Notes: a model not told the origin generated them from the sequence alone. DNA of 64,000 nt from Eledone cirrhosa (GCA_964016885.1 OZ024752.1:32984001-33048000), one strand, 5' to 3'. Positions 13,474 through 30,905 are shown, counted from the first letter of the stretch. Numbers and translations: made by a program.

Positions 13474-13506
<33 letters not shown>

Positions 13507-13552
13507 ATATATATGTGTGTGTGTGTGTATATATATGTGCGTATGTATATAC

Positions 13553-13629
<77 letters not shown>

Positions 13630-14329
13630 AATTACAAGTTATCGTTATAGATTATGCAAAAAGTAAACAGAAATAAATCAAATGACACACTACAATGAAG
13701 AAATATATTAGTTTAACGCTTGATATTATGTCGACGTCGTTGACAAGAACATCAAAACGTTTCCTTCGACATTTCAACGAATTTGTTAGGGGAAGCCTGG
13801 ATATTAAAGGTTACAAATCAACATCAAACTAGGCCAATTCATATCTATTTTATATCTAATTTATATACATTTTATATCTAGTTTTATGTATGTGCATATG
13901 TATGTGTGTGTATGAATGTATGTTTGTGTATGTATATATGAATGTGTGTATGTATATGTGTGTGTATGTATGTATATAAGTGTGTCTATGAATGTATGTA
14001 TGTTTGTGTATGAATATATGTATGTGTGTGTGAATGTATGTATGTTTATGTATGTATATGTGTATGTGTGTGTATGTATGTGTATGTATGTATGTTCTTC
14101 TTGTTTTATAATTTCACTAATTTTTTCCCAATAGAGAGAGAGTCGGTTTCTAACATAGACACAAGACTCTCTCATTGGAATTTACACAACATCAACTAGG
14201 TAGATTACGTATGTATGTCTGCATGCCTGCATGTGTAGATATGGATGTTATTGTATGTGTGGATGTGGATGTTTTGAGTTGTATGTGTGCATATGTATAT
14301 GCTTTGTATCTGTACATGTGTATATGCAG

Positions 14330-14770
14330 TTATTAGATGCAATATTTTTGGAATGTTTTACAGATTTTTACTGTTCCATTAATGGATTGTACTTGTAATT
14401 TCCTAACTAGTTGTGTTCTTTCTGTTCCTGTGAAGCCTAGCTTCTCAAGATTTGTATTGAGGCAGTTACTAACATATCCCAGTGCCCAATAATCACAGGC
14501 ATAAATCTGAAGGTGTAATCAGGGTGGAGTATCTGCAGATTTCTCATCAGTTCTGCATAAATATTTTCCTTTTCACTAATCTTTGATATTATATTGGCAT
14601 CTGCTGGGCAGCTAATTTCCACTACTGTGCATGTTTTCTTCTCCCTGTCCCATATCATAATATCTGGTCTGTTATGCCTGCATTTTATTGGGGTTTTTAC
14701 TGGAACATACCACCAGTACTCTTTCATATTATGTACATGGATGTCTTCCACATTGCTGTAGCTTTTAATG
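14330..14770 (-). pseudogene. Restriction-like endonuclease domain of an R4/Dong-type non-LTR element
   Basis: YWWYVPVKT..CRHNRPDIMIWDREKKTCTVVEISCP...EKENIY..L fits the RPD..E..K..Y RLE motif. Frameshifted after PVIIG. Confidence 0.8.
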
Positions 14771-14774
14771 TGTT

Positions 14775-14806
<32 letters not shown>

Positions 14807-14824
14807 TGTATGTATGTATGTATG

Positions 14825-15283
14825 TCGAAGGGCAAAGGAGCTCTTAAGAGTCAATGGCCATCCAAAATCACTGGAGAGATGACCCCTTAGCCTTTGTCAA
14901 GGCAGAATTCTAAGAGAAGGAAAACTCTGATATAACACCTGCAACCCTGATGGTATCCAATGATGTTGACTTGTTCTTCTTTTTGGTAAATATCATCTTG
15001 GTTAAGAGAGTGGGACTGGCTTTGTGCAGTGCCTTTGCTCACTATAAAAGCTTCACGGCACAGGCATTGCTTTATATCTGGAGATCTCTCTGCACTTGTC
15101 GTCACATGGTACCATGAGCCCAGCACTATGTGTCAATAATTGTCACAAGTGTAGTGTTTGTACCAGAGTTTTCAAGTCGCTGGCTTTGGACTAAAAAGTC
15201 ACACTCGTTCAGCGCATTGGTAGGGGTTCTCCTACATGGATATAAAGTAGTGGCCGTACTCGAAAACGAGTTGGCAGCCACCA
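14825..15283 (+). mobile_element. Non-coding interspersed repeat embedded in (TATG)n
   Basis: Near-identical to 52790-53238 and, in part, to the reverse complement of 41220-41535. Flanked by TATG arrays. Confidence 0.8.
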
Positions 15284-15303
15284 TGTATGTATGTATGTAT
15301 GTA

Positions 15304-15352
<49 letters not shown>

Positions 15353-15425
15353 ATGTATGTATGTATGTATGTATGTAGGTAGGTAGGTATGTATGTATGT
15401 ATGTATGTATGTATGTATGTATGTG

Positions 15426-15457
<32 letters not shown>

Positions 15458-16627
15458 GGTAGGTAGGTATGTATGTATGTATGTATGTATGTATGTGTGT
15501 ATATGTATGTATGTATGTATGTATGTAGGTAGGTAGGTAGGTAGGTAGGTATGTAGGTAGGTAGGTAGGTAGGTAGGTAGGTAGGTAGGTAGGTATGTAT
15601 GTATGTATGTATGTATGTATGTATGTATGTATGTATGTATGTATGTATGTATATGGATGACTAATTCAACAGAAAATAAATATTGTTCCTGTGCGAGTTT
15701 TAATGAAACATGTTTTTATTATTTCTTTAGTTTTGGTTAATATTTCGATCTTAGCTATTTTTTTCCCAATAATACAGTATAACGAACTAAAATCAACATA
15801 AATAGAAAGATACCACAAGAATATTAACCACTGGCAATCGATACTGATTTGAAAGTGTTCGAATTCTAATGAAGAGCACAGGTTCCCGATAACCCAAACC
15901 TGAAGCGTTTTATCATCGACAGACACCGTTAGATGAAACTTAAAACTACCTATCTCAATTTAAGTTATCAGCAAAAGCTCTCCCATGGCTCTAAGTTGCC
16001 AGAAAGTTTCAATGTGAGAATAATATCGATAAGCTAAGCAGTTTATCTTGGACCAGCAATCGATATATTGGCTCTCACTTTGAAGGATATACTTTTGCAA
16101 TCCAAGAACAGGAAATAACAACGGTAACAGATATCTAAAAAGAAGAATGGAAGAACATCATTGGCTGCAATCGAGTGGCAAGTTTGACATCAAAGTTTTC
16201 TTTCTCTTAGAATGGTGACCCAACAAGAACTAGGGGCTAACCGCGGGCTCAGGTACCAAACCGAGCATATCCATGTCCCCGCGCATATGTAAACGTAATA
16301 AAATTATATAAACCACCGTAAAGTAGATATATTTCGATTTAGAAGAAATTAGAAGCATATTCCAACCGTTCTCTCTTCCACTTCTACTCTCAATTTTATT
16401 CCAACATTCTGACACATACCTTCTCAGACTCTGTATCTCAAACTTATCTTTGCCTCCTAGTTCCTATCCTGTGTCTCTATATCTTTTTTTCTCATCTTAC
16501 TTTACTCTCTAATATCCCATATTATACTCAGAGACACTCTCATTTTCTCTGTTAGTCACTCATTATCTCTCTCCTTCTCACACAGTACCCCGATTCTACA
16601 TCAGCCCCTTCCTATATCTACACCTTC

Positions 16628-16732
<105 letters not shown>

Positions 16733-16803
16733 CACACACGCGCATATATATCTATCTTCTTATATAAGATATGTATACCTTCCTATAACTATATATCTAC
16801 CTT

Positions 16804-16858
<55 letters not shown>

Positions 16859-16864
16859 AGTAAA

Positions 16865-17380
16865 TAATCGAGAATCAGAATCTCGGCCCACGAAATAACG
16901 ATAAACAATCTTCGACATGTGTGGCAGAGGGCTCAATAGATTGGATAAACCAGAGCTATAACTATCGTTAAAATACCAACACATAGAGACGATGCCTAAA
17001 ATCATTCGCACAGCCGAAAAAAACGACCAGGAAAATTCGGGTCACTCAATTAATAAATTAATAAGTTAATAAATTAAATGAATGTAAAAACTCACCCGGA
17101 CCCGCTAGAAGGATGTTAAATTCATATACAAATATAAATTAGCGAGAATCGTATTTCGGCTTAGGAATTAACGAAAAACAACTTCCGAGATGTGTGGCAA
17201 GCGCTCGATGATTCAGATGAACCAGAGCTACAACATACGTTAAAGGCCAAACACACTGAGACGATGGTTAAACAAACATCCGCACAGCCAAAGAAACGAC
17301 CAAGTAATTCGGGTCAAACAATAAAAAATATATATGATTGAAAATTTACCCGGACCCCTGGAAGGTTGGTAAAATCCAGT
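16865..17380. repeat. Diverged tandem duplication (~275-bp unit)
   Basis: CGAGAATC..ATGTGTGGCA..AACCAGAGCTA..GAGACGATG..CGCACAGCC..AATTCGGGTCA..CCCGGACCC occurs twice. Confidence 0.75.
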
Positions 17381-17699
17381 ATTTGGGTTTCTGCGACTCC
17401 TAAATCAAGTACTGTCCGCTTACATATATAATGTTAGGCTTCTGGTAAGATGATTGAACAAGGAAGCCACTTTATCAACAGGTTATAGTTCAATTGCTAA
17501 TTCAAAGTGTGACTATTACTGACCCCACGTGGAGTTCAGCAAGGGAGGCAACACTTATTCTAGGCGAATGAATTCAGTTGTGTATAATATTGCAAGAAAG
17601 GGAGTGTAACGTGGAGTTATGTAGATTCACCCAGAAGAGTACTCGCTATTTAGGTTCACTTCTGTATCGAGGTGTAGAGCTAGAAAGAGTGTATTATAA

Positions 17700-18100
17700 T
17701 AAAATAATTGTTTCTACTTTTGGCACAAGGCCATCAATTATCTCAGTGTATTACTGGTACTTTATTTTATCGACCCCGTAAGGATGAAAGGCAAAGTTAA
17801 CCTCGGCGGGATTTAAACTCAGACCATAAAGGGCCGTAACTCTATGCTGAAAACCATGGCGTCCGACCCTCTACCGATACTACCAATCTACCGACCTTAT
17901 AATAAAATAATTGTTTCTACTATTAGCACAAGGCCAGAAATTACCCAGTACATTACTGGTACTTTATTTTATCGACCCCGTAAGGATGAAAGGCAAAGTT
18001 AACCTCGACGGGATTTGAACTCAGAATGGCAAGGGCCGTAACTCTATGCGTCAAAGCATGGTGTCCGACCCTCTACCGATACTACCAATCCACCGACCTT
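17700..18100 (-). mobile_element. Two tandem Meta-like tRNA-derived SINEs
   Basis: Full family motif twice. TTATAATAAAATAA occurs before, between and after the copies. Confidence 0.88.
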
Positions 18101-18111
18101 ATAATAAAATA

Positions 18112-18362
18112 ATACAAGGACGAATGGTTACTTCTTCATTACGTTTATTGGTTGGTGACGCACGTTTCGCCACTGATCAGCTCAAGGTTCGATCTGTATC
18201 GATCTGGCCCGACTCTGGAATCAAAATGTCGTCGGACCTCTGTAGTAGTAATGAGACAGAGTCTGACCAGATCGATACAGATCAAACCTTGAGCTGATCT
18301 GTAGCGAAACGCGCGTCACCAACCAATAAAGGTAATGAAGGAGTAACCATTCGTCCTTGTAT
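18112..18362. mobile_element. HHR fold-back element family D (long stem II)
   Basis: Minus strand 18238-18154: GGT-CCGACGA-60 nt-GAAA-CGTGCG-TC-ACC, then AATAAA. The plus arm has GAAACGCGCGTCACC. Confidence 0.7.
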
Positions 18363-18620
18363 GATTTATATAAATATATATATCACGATAAATTAACGGA
18401 GCCATAGACTCGTTATTCCCTGTCAATAATGTGCTCAAAGGAAAAGGAATCCTGCGCTCTTTAAAATACAATATGTTGAAAAGGTAACACACTAGAGAGA
18501 GATAGTGCGCCATCAATAAAACAGGGTAAACCACCAGTGTATGGAATCTATAATCTATGGAAGTCAGGGTAGACACACAATAATCAAAAGTATAAATTAA
18601 AATGTATATACGCACCTCTA

Positions 18621-18725
<105 letters not shown>

Positions 18726-19188
18726 AGGAGGTGAGTTTTATTGTAGTACAATAAAGCAATGCAGATATCGGATAAGAAGCACTCTACAATTTGTAGGACT
18801 GGAGTATACATAATATATAATATCAAAAGATGGTTAAATGAGTTCCATGTATTTTATTATGCGCATTTCAAAAACAAATATTATCATGCAATAATCAGAT
18901 AAAATAGGAAGACATGATATGAAGGTTAAAAACACTTGTGGATAGTGCAGTTTTAAATCAACATTGTTGGCTAATAAAGACTTTTGATGTATTGAAGGCT
19001 TCTTTGTTTTACTTTCATAATATATATATATATATATATTGGCTTTCCTCCACTCCCTCTCCCTCTTTCTTCTACTGGCAAGTTCAGCTACCCCCTACCT
19101 TCCACAAAATGCCATGATAGAATCATGTGTCCTAACAACAAACTTTTGACCAATCCTTGTGACAATCACTTTTACCATATATGGAATT

Positions 19189-19296
19189 ACCCCCTGAGAA
19201 GTTCGGGCTATTCATTTACCAGGATAAAAATTTTCATTTAGTCCAGAATTAGCCGTCGAAACGGCTTGAGCTCACCGTCGGGGTCCTACTTGTTCC

Positions 19297-19298
<2 letters not shown>
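19189..19298 (+). ncRNA. Family E element with complete HHR outline
   Basis: ACCCC-CTGAGAA-GTTCGGGCTA..TAGCCGTC-GAAA-CGG..CCG-TC-GGGGT. Position 8 is A (mismatch with C3 in this copy). Confidence 0.62.
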
Positions 19299-19349
<51 letters not shown>

Positions 19350-19654
19350 ACTAATATAAAGCACTCAACAGCAAAGGGGAGTAAATATACAATATATTAA
19401 CAAATGGAAACTATATTTATAAAACCATATTTATTTTATTATACATATTTCAAGGCCACAAAGGCAAATTATGGTGCGCTTTTATATATGTATATATATA
19501 AATGGCTTCTACAGGACTAGTACTGTTTCATTCGGGAGAAATCATCACATATCTATATCAAATATGTATACTCTGCTATATATTGAGTACCTTACTTACT
19601 GAGGTTACCCCCGATTGAACCTGGGATAAACTTATATATATATTTATATGCCTT

Positions 19655-22176
<2,522 letters not shown>

Positions 22177-22710
22177 TTCGTTTCTGAATTTGTTTAGCAA
22201 GATTCTTTATCTGAAAACGTATGTTGAAACCGATATTGTTATACTTTGGGAGGGTCATGTTGACAATAAGAAACACACGCACCAGTTGCTTTCACTTTAA
22301 TTTATTATAATAAATTTATAAATTTAGGAATTATAAATTCCGGTTGGTTGGTTGGTTCCACACCCAGATGGTTTGTTTATATATTGTCAAAGTTCTTCGT
22401 CACAACATTCTGTGACCTCTTCAGTGACTGGGGATTCTTTTCTTTGTTTTTGGTGCTCTCCTTTGTTCTGTCCTTTCTCAGGAGAGGCACAAAAACAAAG
22501 AAAGAATCCCCAGTTACTGAAGAGGTCACAGAATGTGTGACGAAAGAACTTTGACATATATAAACAACTATCTGTTGTGGAACCAACCAACCAACCAGAA
22601 ATTTATAGATTTATAAATCCTAAATTTATAAAATTATATAATAAATTGAAGTGAAAGCAACTGGTGCGTGTGTTTCTTATTGGCAACATGACCCTCCCAA
22701 AGTATGACAA
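22177..22710. mobile_element. HHR fold-back element family G
   Basis: Long inverted arms about ~22470. GTTA-CTGAAGA(22517)-GGTCAC..GTGAC-GAAA(22542)-GAAC-TT-TGAC. Relatives at 33535-33720, 40355-40680 and 49550-49620. Confidence 0.78.
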
Positions 22711-22726
22711 TATATATATATACATG

Positions 22727-22765
<39 letters not shown>

Positions 22766-22881
22766 ATATATAATATACATATACATATATATATATTTAC
22801 ATATATACATATATATATATATTTACATATATACATATATATATATATTTACATATATACATATATATATATATATGTAAA

Positions 22882-22937
<56 letters not shown>

Positions 22938-22983
22938 TACATATATATATACATATATATATATATTTACATATATATATATA

Positions 22984-23076
<93 letters not shown>

Positions 23077-23079
23077 TAC

Positions 23080-23122
<43 letters not shown>

Positions 23123-23125
23123 TAC

Positions 23126-23162
<37 letters not shown>

Positions 23163-23465
23163 GATAGTCCCTATACATCTTCAGCAGAGTTATATTTCTA
23201 TCTCTTCTTTAATGCTAACTTATTATCTTCCGTTTATCTCTTTACGACGCTATTTTTCAAACCAACCCTCGAACGTTGCAGGGAATTTATATTAATTTTT
23301 ATTTTATTTCTATTTTCCTCTCAATCACTTGTTTTCTTTGTATTACTACGCACGCACGTACGAACAGATACACTTACATGTATGTACATGCATATGTATG
23401 TGTGTCTGCTTACACAGTATATATATATATATATATATAGGAATATGTTTAACCGTATATATATA

Positions 23466-23700
23466 TAGGAATATGTTTAACCCCGACGCAGAACTCAAAC
23501 CGTTTCGACGGCTGTTTCTGGACTAAATGAGAATTTTTAGCGTGGTAAATAATTTATTACCACGCTAAAAATTCTAATTTAGTCCAGAAATAGCCGTCGA
23601 AACGGCTTGAACTCTTGCCGTCGGGGTTAAACATTTTCCTATTACCCACTCTACTACCCTAAGTTTTGAGTACTCTAATGCGTTATGGTCCATCTGGTTA
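23466..23700. mobile_element. HHR fold-back element family E
   Basis: Palindrome centred ~23550, with GAAACGGC..GCCGTCGGGG as the 3' half of the HHR. Further copies at 28913-29106, 32551-32670, 37550-37737, 39697-39797, 45168-45384, 54017-54204 and 57877-58070. Confidence 0.85.
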
Positions 23701-23766
23701 TATATATATATATATATGCAGAGGTTATATTTAATTTGTTGGAATTCAACAAGCTTAAACATTTTC

Positions 23767-24124
23767 ATAACTAATATAAAGCACTCAACAGCAAAGGGGA
23801 GTAAATATACAATATATTAACAAATGGAAACTATATTTATAAAACCATATTTATTTTATTATACATATTTCAAGGGCCACAAAGGCAAATTATGGTGCGC
23901 TTTTATCAGATAAAATACAATACAGATTTGTTTTATAAATATCCAGGAAGCTCCAACCGTTAAGGTTGTCTTTTTTCAGGGTATATCAATATTTATTTAT
24001 AAAACAAATCTGTATTGTATTTTATCTGATGAAAGCACACCATAATTTGCCTTGGTTTCCCTTGAAATATGTATAATAAAATAAATATGGTTTTATAAAT
24101 ATAGTTTCCATTTGTTAATATATT
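23767..24124. mobile_element. HHR fold-back element family F
   Basis: Inverted arms. Further copies at 19348-19483, 26008-26536 (SINE nested at 26322-26497), 29692-29770, 49890-50140 and 63489-63798. Confidence 0.85.
24018..24083 (+). ncRNA. Type I hammerhead ribozyme (family F)
   Basis: TATTTTAT-CTGATGA(24026)-AAG..CTT-GAAA(24064)-TATGTA-TA-ATAAAATA. 8-bp stem I. Confidence 0.8.
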
Positions 24125-24460
24125 GTTACGTCCCTTTACGGTCTGAGTTCAAATCCCGTCGAGGTTAACTTTGCCTTTCATCTTACGGGGTCGATAAAAT
24201 AAAGTACCAGTAATGTACTGGATAATTGCTGGCCTTGTGCCTAAAGTAATAAACAGTTAATATATTGTATATATATACATATGTATGTTATACACATACA
24301 TATTAAATCGAAAAAAAAAATACTATTCCATTTGTCTTTCCTTCATCTTATTCGTTTGAAATTCATAATGATATGTTTTACTTCTAATATTCAGCTTAAG
24401 TTAAAACATTCGTAATATTTTGATGCCGATAAGGAGAAGGATTAGTGAAAAAAACTAATG

Positions 24461-24505
<45 letters not shown>

Positions 24506-24665
24506 TATATATTATATATATATATGTGTGTGTGTGTATTTATCTCTGTGTATATGTGTATATCTTGTTATTGCTTGAACTATATATATATCTATATGAA
24601 TATATCTATATATATCTACATCTATATATCTATAACTATATCCACACACACATATATATATAATC

Positions 24666-24799
<134 letters not shown>

Positions 24800-24811
24800 C
24801 ATATATATACA

Positions 24812-24842
<31 letters not shown>

Positions 24843-24952
24843 GTAGATGTATATATATATATATACATACCTATATACTTATATCGACATATATATACCT
24901 ATATCTACATATATATATATATACATATATATATCTATATATTTATATGTAG

Positions 24953-24989
<37 letters not shown>

Positions 24990-25184
24990 CCTATATACCT
25001 ACATATACCTATATCTACATATATATATATATATACATATATATATCTCTATATATATATACATATATATATGTATATATATATATATATATATATGTGT
25101 GTATATATATATGTATATATTTATATATATATATGCATATATGTATATATATATGTATATATATATATGTATATATATATATGT

Positions 25185-25249
<65 letters not shown>

Positions 25250-25357
25250 ATAATAATAAATTTGAAGACTAAAATCCAAAGAGGGCTCGATAAGGATAAA
25301 TATATATAAAATATATAAGAACTGTAGAGCTAATATTTATTAAAATATGTTATTTTA

Positions 25358-25414
<57 letters not shown>

Positions 25415-25791
25415 GTTGAAATAAAATAAATCCCTGATGCAGAAAAATATATCTGAAAAATGATAAGAGTTATTTTTCTGGTGAATCTTATTCTTTAATG
25501 ATCAAATGTTTACAAACTTTGACTTTTTAATGATCAAAAGTAAAAGAAATAACTGTGAATTCCATTTAATCTGATTTGTTTCCATTTTGTTTAACCCTTG
25601 ACAGTCCCACCCGCAGACTTATATCAAAGGATTACAAATTTATTAGTTTGAAAATGACTTTATACAAAACAGCTATGTCCTCTGATAAAATTTTTTATAC
25701 TTTTGATCAAGTTGTAGCAACATTTTGTAAATTATTGGAAGATTAAAGAATAAGAATCATCAGAAAAGTAATTCTTAACATTTTTCGTGCG

Positions 25792-25826
<35 letters not shown>

Positions 25827-26321
25827 ATGTGTGTGTGTTTGTGCGTGTGTGTATGTGTGCGTGTGTGTGTAAAAGGTAAACAGAAATAACAACAGAATCG
25901 GTACAGTATATGGAAGGAATATTTCGTGGAGTTAAAATTCTAAAGTAAATTTTCCAGTCCGACCTTTTGCTGTTGTTTTAATGAATATATATATATATAT
26001 ACATATATACAATATTAATAAATAGAAACTATATTTATAAAACCATATTTATTTCATTATATATATTTCAAGGATACCAAGTTAAATCATGGTATGCCTT
26101 CATCAGACAAAATACAATATATAACAGTCTTACAAATAGATATTGACGTACCCTTTCAAAAAGGTGACCGTTGCTTTTGGAGGCCATCCAGATAGTCATG
26201 TTTTAACTTGGTGTCCTTGAAATATATATAATGAAATAAATATGGTTTTATAAATATAGTTTTCATTTATTAATATTGTATATCTACTCCAAATATTTGT
26301 CGAGTGCTTTATATCAGTTAT

Positions 26322-26497
26322 AATAATTGTTTCTACTTTAGGCACAAGGCCAACAATTACCCAGTGCATTACTGGTACTTTATTTTATCGACCCCGTAAG
26401 GATGAAAGGCAAAGTCAACCTCGGCGGGATTTGAACTCAGATCGTAAAGGGACGTAACTATGGTGGAAAGCATGGCGTCCAACCCTCTACCAATATT
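26322..26497 (-). mobile_element. Meta-like SINE nested in a family F element
   Basis: The family F tail (TTATATCAGTTATA / GCTTGTTGTATCCCAACAATT), uninterrupted at 50080-50140, is split here by the SINE. Confidence 0.85.
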
Positions 26498-26536
26498 GCG
26501 CTTGTTGTATCCCAACAATTTAAATAGAACTTTTGC

Positions 26537-26687
<151 letters not shown>

Positions 26688-27070
26688 TGTGTGTGTGTGT
26701 TTCTCAGGGAAATGAGAAAACTTGGCCTATGGAAGCTGTTAGAACAGCAAAATACCGCCGAAGCGGCGTTGGGTAAAATGTTACCTCGAAGGACAGAGAT
26801 CAGCGGCTAGATGTGAGTTGACTTGAAGGAAGGAAGGAAAGAAGAGAAGATAGGAAGGAGGAAAAAGATTGTATGAGAGTGAACAATGTCACAAAAATTA
26901 GATACTGCTCTTCAGATCTCAACCGCCTGCAATTTCGACGACTTAATGAGACTACTGCGGGGAATAGAAGGCTCGTAATGGAAAAACAAATATCTTCGTT
27001 CATAAAATGTTTGTGTTGGGACAGGTTGAGAGAGAGAGAAGAGAGCGAGAGAGAGAGGGAGAGAGAGAGA

Positions 27071-27102
<32 letters not shown>

Positions 27103-27275
27103 AGAGAGTGAGGGAGTAGAGTAGAGTAGAGTTTAGTTATCTTCTATATTATATTACCCGAAGATAACTAAATATTTGCTCTACGGTTCTTATATATTTG
27201 ATATATATTTTCCTTATCGAGCCCTCTTTGGATTTTAGTCTTCAAATTTATTATTATTACTATATATATATCTAC

Positions 27276-27346
<71 letters not shown>

Positions 27347-27430
27347 TGTGTGTGTGTGTGTGTGGATGTTTGTGTGCATGTGTGTGTGTGTGCTTAATAT
27401 AGAAATGTATATATATATATATATATATAT

Positions 27431-27649
27431 AGTAATAATAATAAATTTGAAGACTAAAATCCAAAGAGGGCTCGATAAGGATAAATATATATCAAATATA
27501 TAAGAACCGTAGAGCAAATATTTATTAAAATAACAGATTAAAGTTTAAGCAAAGAATAGCTGCTTTCACCCATAACGGGATTTTCTGAGTTTCAGAAGAT
27601 CCCGTTAAGGGTGAAAGCAGCGATTCTTTGCTTAAACTTTAATCTGTTA

Positions 27650-27655
<6 letters not shown>
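27431..27655. mobile_element. HHR fold-back element family H
   Basis: (C)NGAAGA-TCCCGTTAAGGGT-GAAA-GCAGC-TA-TTCTTT. Copies at 25246-25360, 27169-27260, 39913-40130 and 47911-47976. Confidence 0.75.
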
Positions 27656-27687
<32 letters not shown>

Positions 27688-27842
27688 AAAGTTAAACAAT
27701 ATTCAATGAATAAATCAAAGAATGAGTTTTACAATAGATTGGAAGCACTCAACAGCAATGGTTTGCCAGAGTTATTAATATTAATTCAAAATATTAACAA
27801 AATAGATGATCACAAGAATATCTATTTTGTTAATATTTTGAA

Positions 27843-27891
<49 letters not shown>

Positions 27892-27968
27892 TTAATATAG
27901 ATATACTCTGCTATGTATTGAGTACCTTACTTACTGTGGTTACCTCCGATTCAACACAGAATAGCGTA

Positions 27969-28461
27969 CTATATATATATATATAAAGTTGTAGTTTGTT
28001 CACGAACTCCTCCTATGGCTTTGGAGATAGACCCCCCCCCCCCCCCCCATAACCATATATATTCTGAAACTACATTGCCCGGGATACTTCGATAAGTATA
28101 TTTCATTTTTAAAAAAGGGTTACCCGGGGGAACAAACCCCCGCAGAAAACTTTTTCCCTTCGATTTATATGAAATTTAAGCCATAAGTAAATGACAAGAT
28201 ATGGTGCCTATTCACAAAAGTTTTGAATTGAAAAAAATTATTTACAAGAAACAAAATAAGGATAAGATTTAATAATGTAATTTTGATTTGATATATTAGA
28301 AAAAAATAATGTTTTCCAATGTTTCATGCATTACATTTTACATTGAGTAATATTAAGATGCACAGTTTTTCTCCATAAATGATATCACTGATTTAAAATC
28401 AATCATCATCTTCTTACAAAAAAAATGTGTGAAACGCAGGAAGGTGCGGGTAATTCGGCTA

Positions 28462-28462
<1 letters not shown>
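27969..28462 (+). mobile_element. Non-autonomous Helitron
   Basis: 5' CTATATATATAAAGTTGTAGTTTGT. 3' hairpin CGCAGGAAGGTGCG, then CTAG followed by T. Confidence 0.65.
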
Positions 28463-28549
<87 letters not shown>

Positions 28550-28852
28550 TACCAGTTCAATTTCTGATTCAACGATTCAAAGTCGATGTGAATTACTTAA
28601 TAAAAAAGTTTATAGTAAAGTCATTAGGCGTTTCTTTCATTTCGCACTAGACTGGACTGATATTCTCAACAACTTCTTCCACCTCATAACATGAAATCTA
28701 TTTTAGTATCCTAGATTTTAACCCAATGTCTGAAACACTAAACTTAATTTGCATTTTAATTTGATAGTTCTTTTCTTTCTCACAATCTTGTTGAAACAAA
28801 AATTGGAATTTCTCTTTGGTGCCGTTGTTATTTTTGGTTATTTTATGTAATC

Positions 28853-28914
<62 letters not shown>

Positions 28915-29101
28915 CGAAGGAAATGTGGTTAGGAACCAGATGGACCATAACGCACCAAAGTACTCAATACTTAGGGTAGTAGAGTGGGTGATAGGAACGA
29001 GTAGGACCACGACGGCTAAGTTCAAGCCGTTTCGACGGCTAATTCTGGACAGAATTAGCCGTCGAAACGGCTTGAGCTCACCCGTCGGGGTCCTACTCGT
29101 T

Positions 29102-29212
<111 letters not shown>

Positions 29213-29592
29213 TATATATACATATATATGTGTGTATATATATTCTCTCTCTCTCTATATATATATATATATGTGTGTGTATATATATTCTCTTTCTCTC
29301 TATATATATATATGTATATATATATTCTATTTTATGTAATCATATATATATATTCTAATCTGATATTCCCACCATATGTATCTATATTCCGATACATAAA
29401 GTTTTTTTCTTATTGCTATTTGGGCTGAACTCTTGTCACTAGTATTGACTGAACAAATTACTAAACAACGAGTTGAGAGAATTAGTGGAGCACCAGTTTA
29501 AATAACTTGCAATGTTTTGCTTTATCTGTCTACGCACACCCACACATATATATATACAAACATATACATACACACACATATATATATAGATG

Positions 29593-29626
<34 letters not shown>

Positions 29627-30002
29627 CATATATAGACACACACACACATATATATATATATACATACTTATAATTTTATATATATATATATAAGCAAAGT
29701 TTTGGTACCCTTGAAATATATATAATAGAATAAATATGGTTTTATAAATATAGTTTCCATTTATTAATATCATTGATATATATATATATATAGTATTTAC
29801 GTATCGAGAAAGAGGAAAAAAAAGGGGGGGGATAGGTGATACATATAGTTATTTGCCAAGTAGCGTATGCAAAGGTGCTCGATACTAGTGCCGGCAGTAT
29901 TAAATATTCGAAGTGTTAATATTTTTGCGAGCAATGAACCTTGATGTGGATTTAACCCCAAAAACTCTTTCCGAGCAATATAAGGAACGCTTGTGATTAT
30001 TT

Positions 30003-30045
30003 ATGCCCTTGAGAAGCCCAACTGGGCGAAACGTACGTAGGTGAT
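30003..30045 (+). ncRNA. Minimal HHR with U3-A8 core (family J)
   Basis: CC-TTGAGAA(30009)-GCCC AACT GGGC-GAAA-CGTACG-TA-GG, then AATAAA at 30052. Stem I is weak. Confidence 0.6.
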
Positions 30046-30098
30046 ATTTTAAATAAACATGTTTTAACGGTCTATTCTTCGATTTTTTACTTTCCCAC

Positions 30099-30159
<61 letters not shown>

Positions 30160-30166
<7 letters not shown>

Positions 30167-30407
30167 ATATACAATAATTAAGTCAAATATGTAAAATTTG
30201 GCTTCGTTTATCATAAATTAAAAATTCCTGCTATATATATTTCGGTGACAGCCATCATTGGCTGTGACCTCTTCAGGCAGTCCGAATTGATGTGGAAAAG
30301 ACAGGTACACATGTTGTTGAAGTGTGTTTTACTCCGTCAATACATCGATATGTCCAGCTCCTGGGTGTGTTGTTATTCCGTCGAGGAACTGGAATCATAT
30401 GAGCTAG
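30160..30407 (-). mobile_element. Family I HHR element (single arm)
   Basis: Reverse complement of CTGC-CTGAAGA-GGTCACAGCC..GGCTGTCACC-GAAA-TATATA-TA-GCAG. Confidence 0.8.
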
Positions 30408-30433
30408 AACAAACGGATTTCAGTGACATATGA

Positions 30434-30554
<121 letters not shown>

Positions 30555-30710
30555 CAATCCTACCAGAGTTGACTTCGTTTCAGGTGTCATTAAAACGAGT
30601 GCAATTATTTTAATATTATAAAAATCGATTTTGCGGACTTATTCCAATCCATTCATCAATACCAAAATACTGTCGTCTTTTTAAACAGTATGATAATGAC
30701 GGGTGAAATA

Positions 30711-30905
30711 ATAATTGTTTCTACTATTGGCACAAGACCACCAATTACCCAGTACATTACTGGTACTTTATTTTATCGACCCCCGTAAGGATGAAAAGCA
30801 AAGTTAACCTCGGCGGGATTTGAACTCAGACTGTAAAGGGCCGTAACTCTGTGTTGCACAGCATGGCGTCCGACCCTCTACCGATACTGCCAATCCACCG
30901 CCCTG
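30711..30905 (-). mobile_element. Full-length Meta-like SINE with TSD
   Basis: GGGTGAAATAATAA at 30701 and 30906. Confidence 0.9.
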
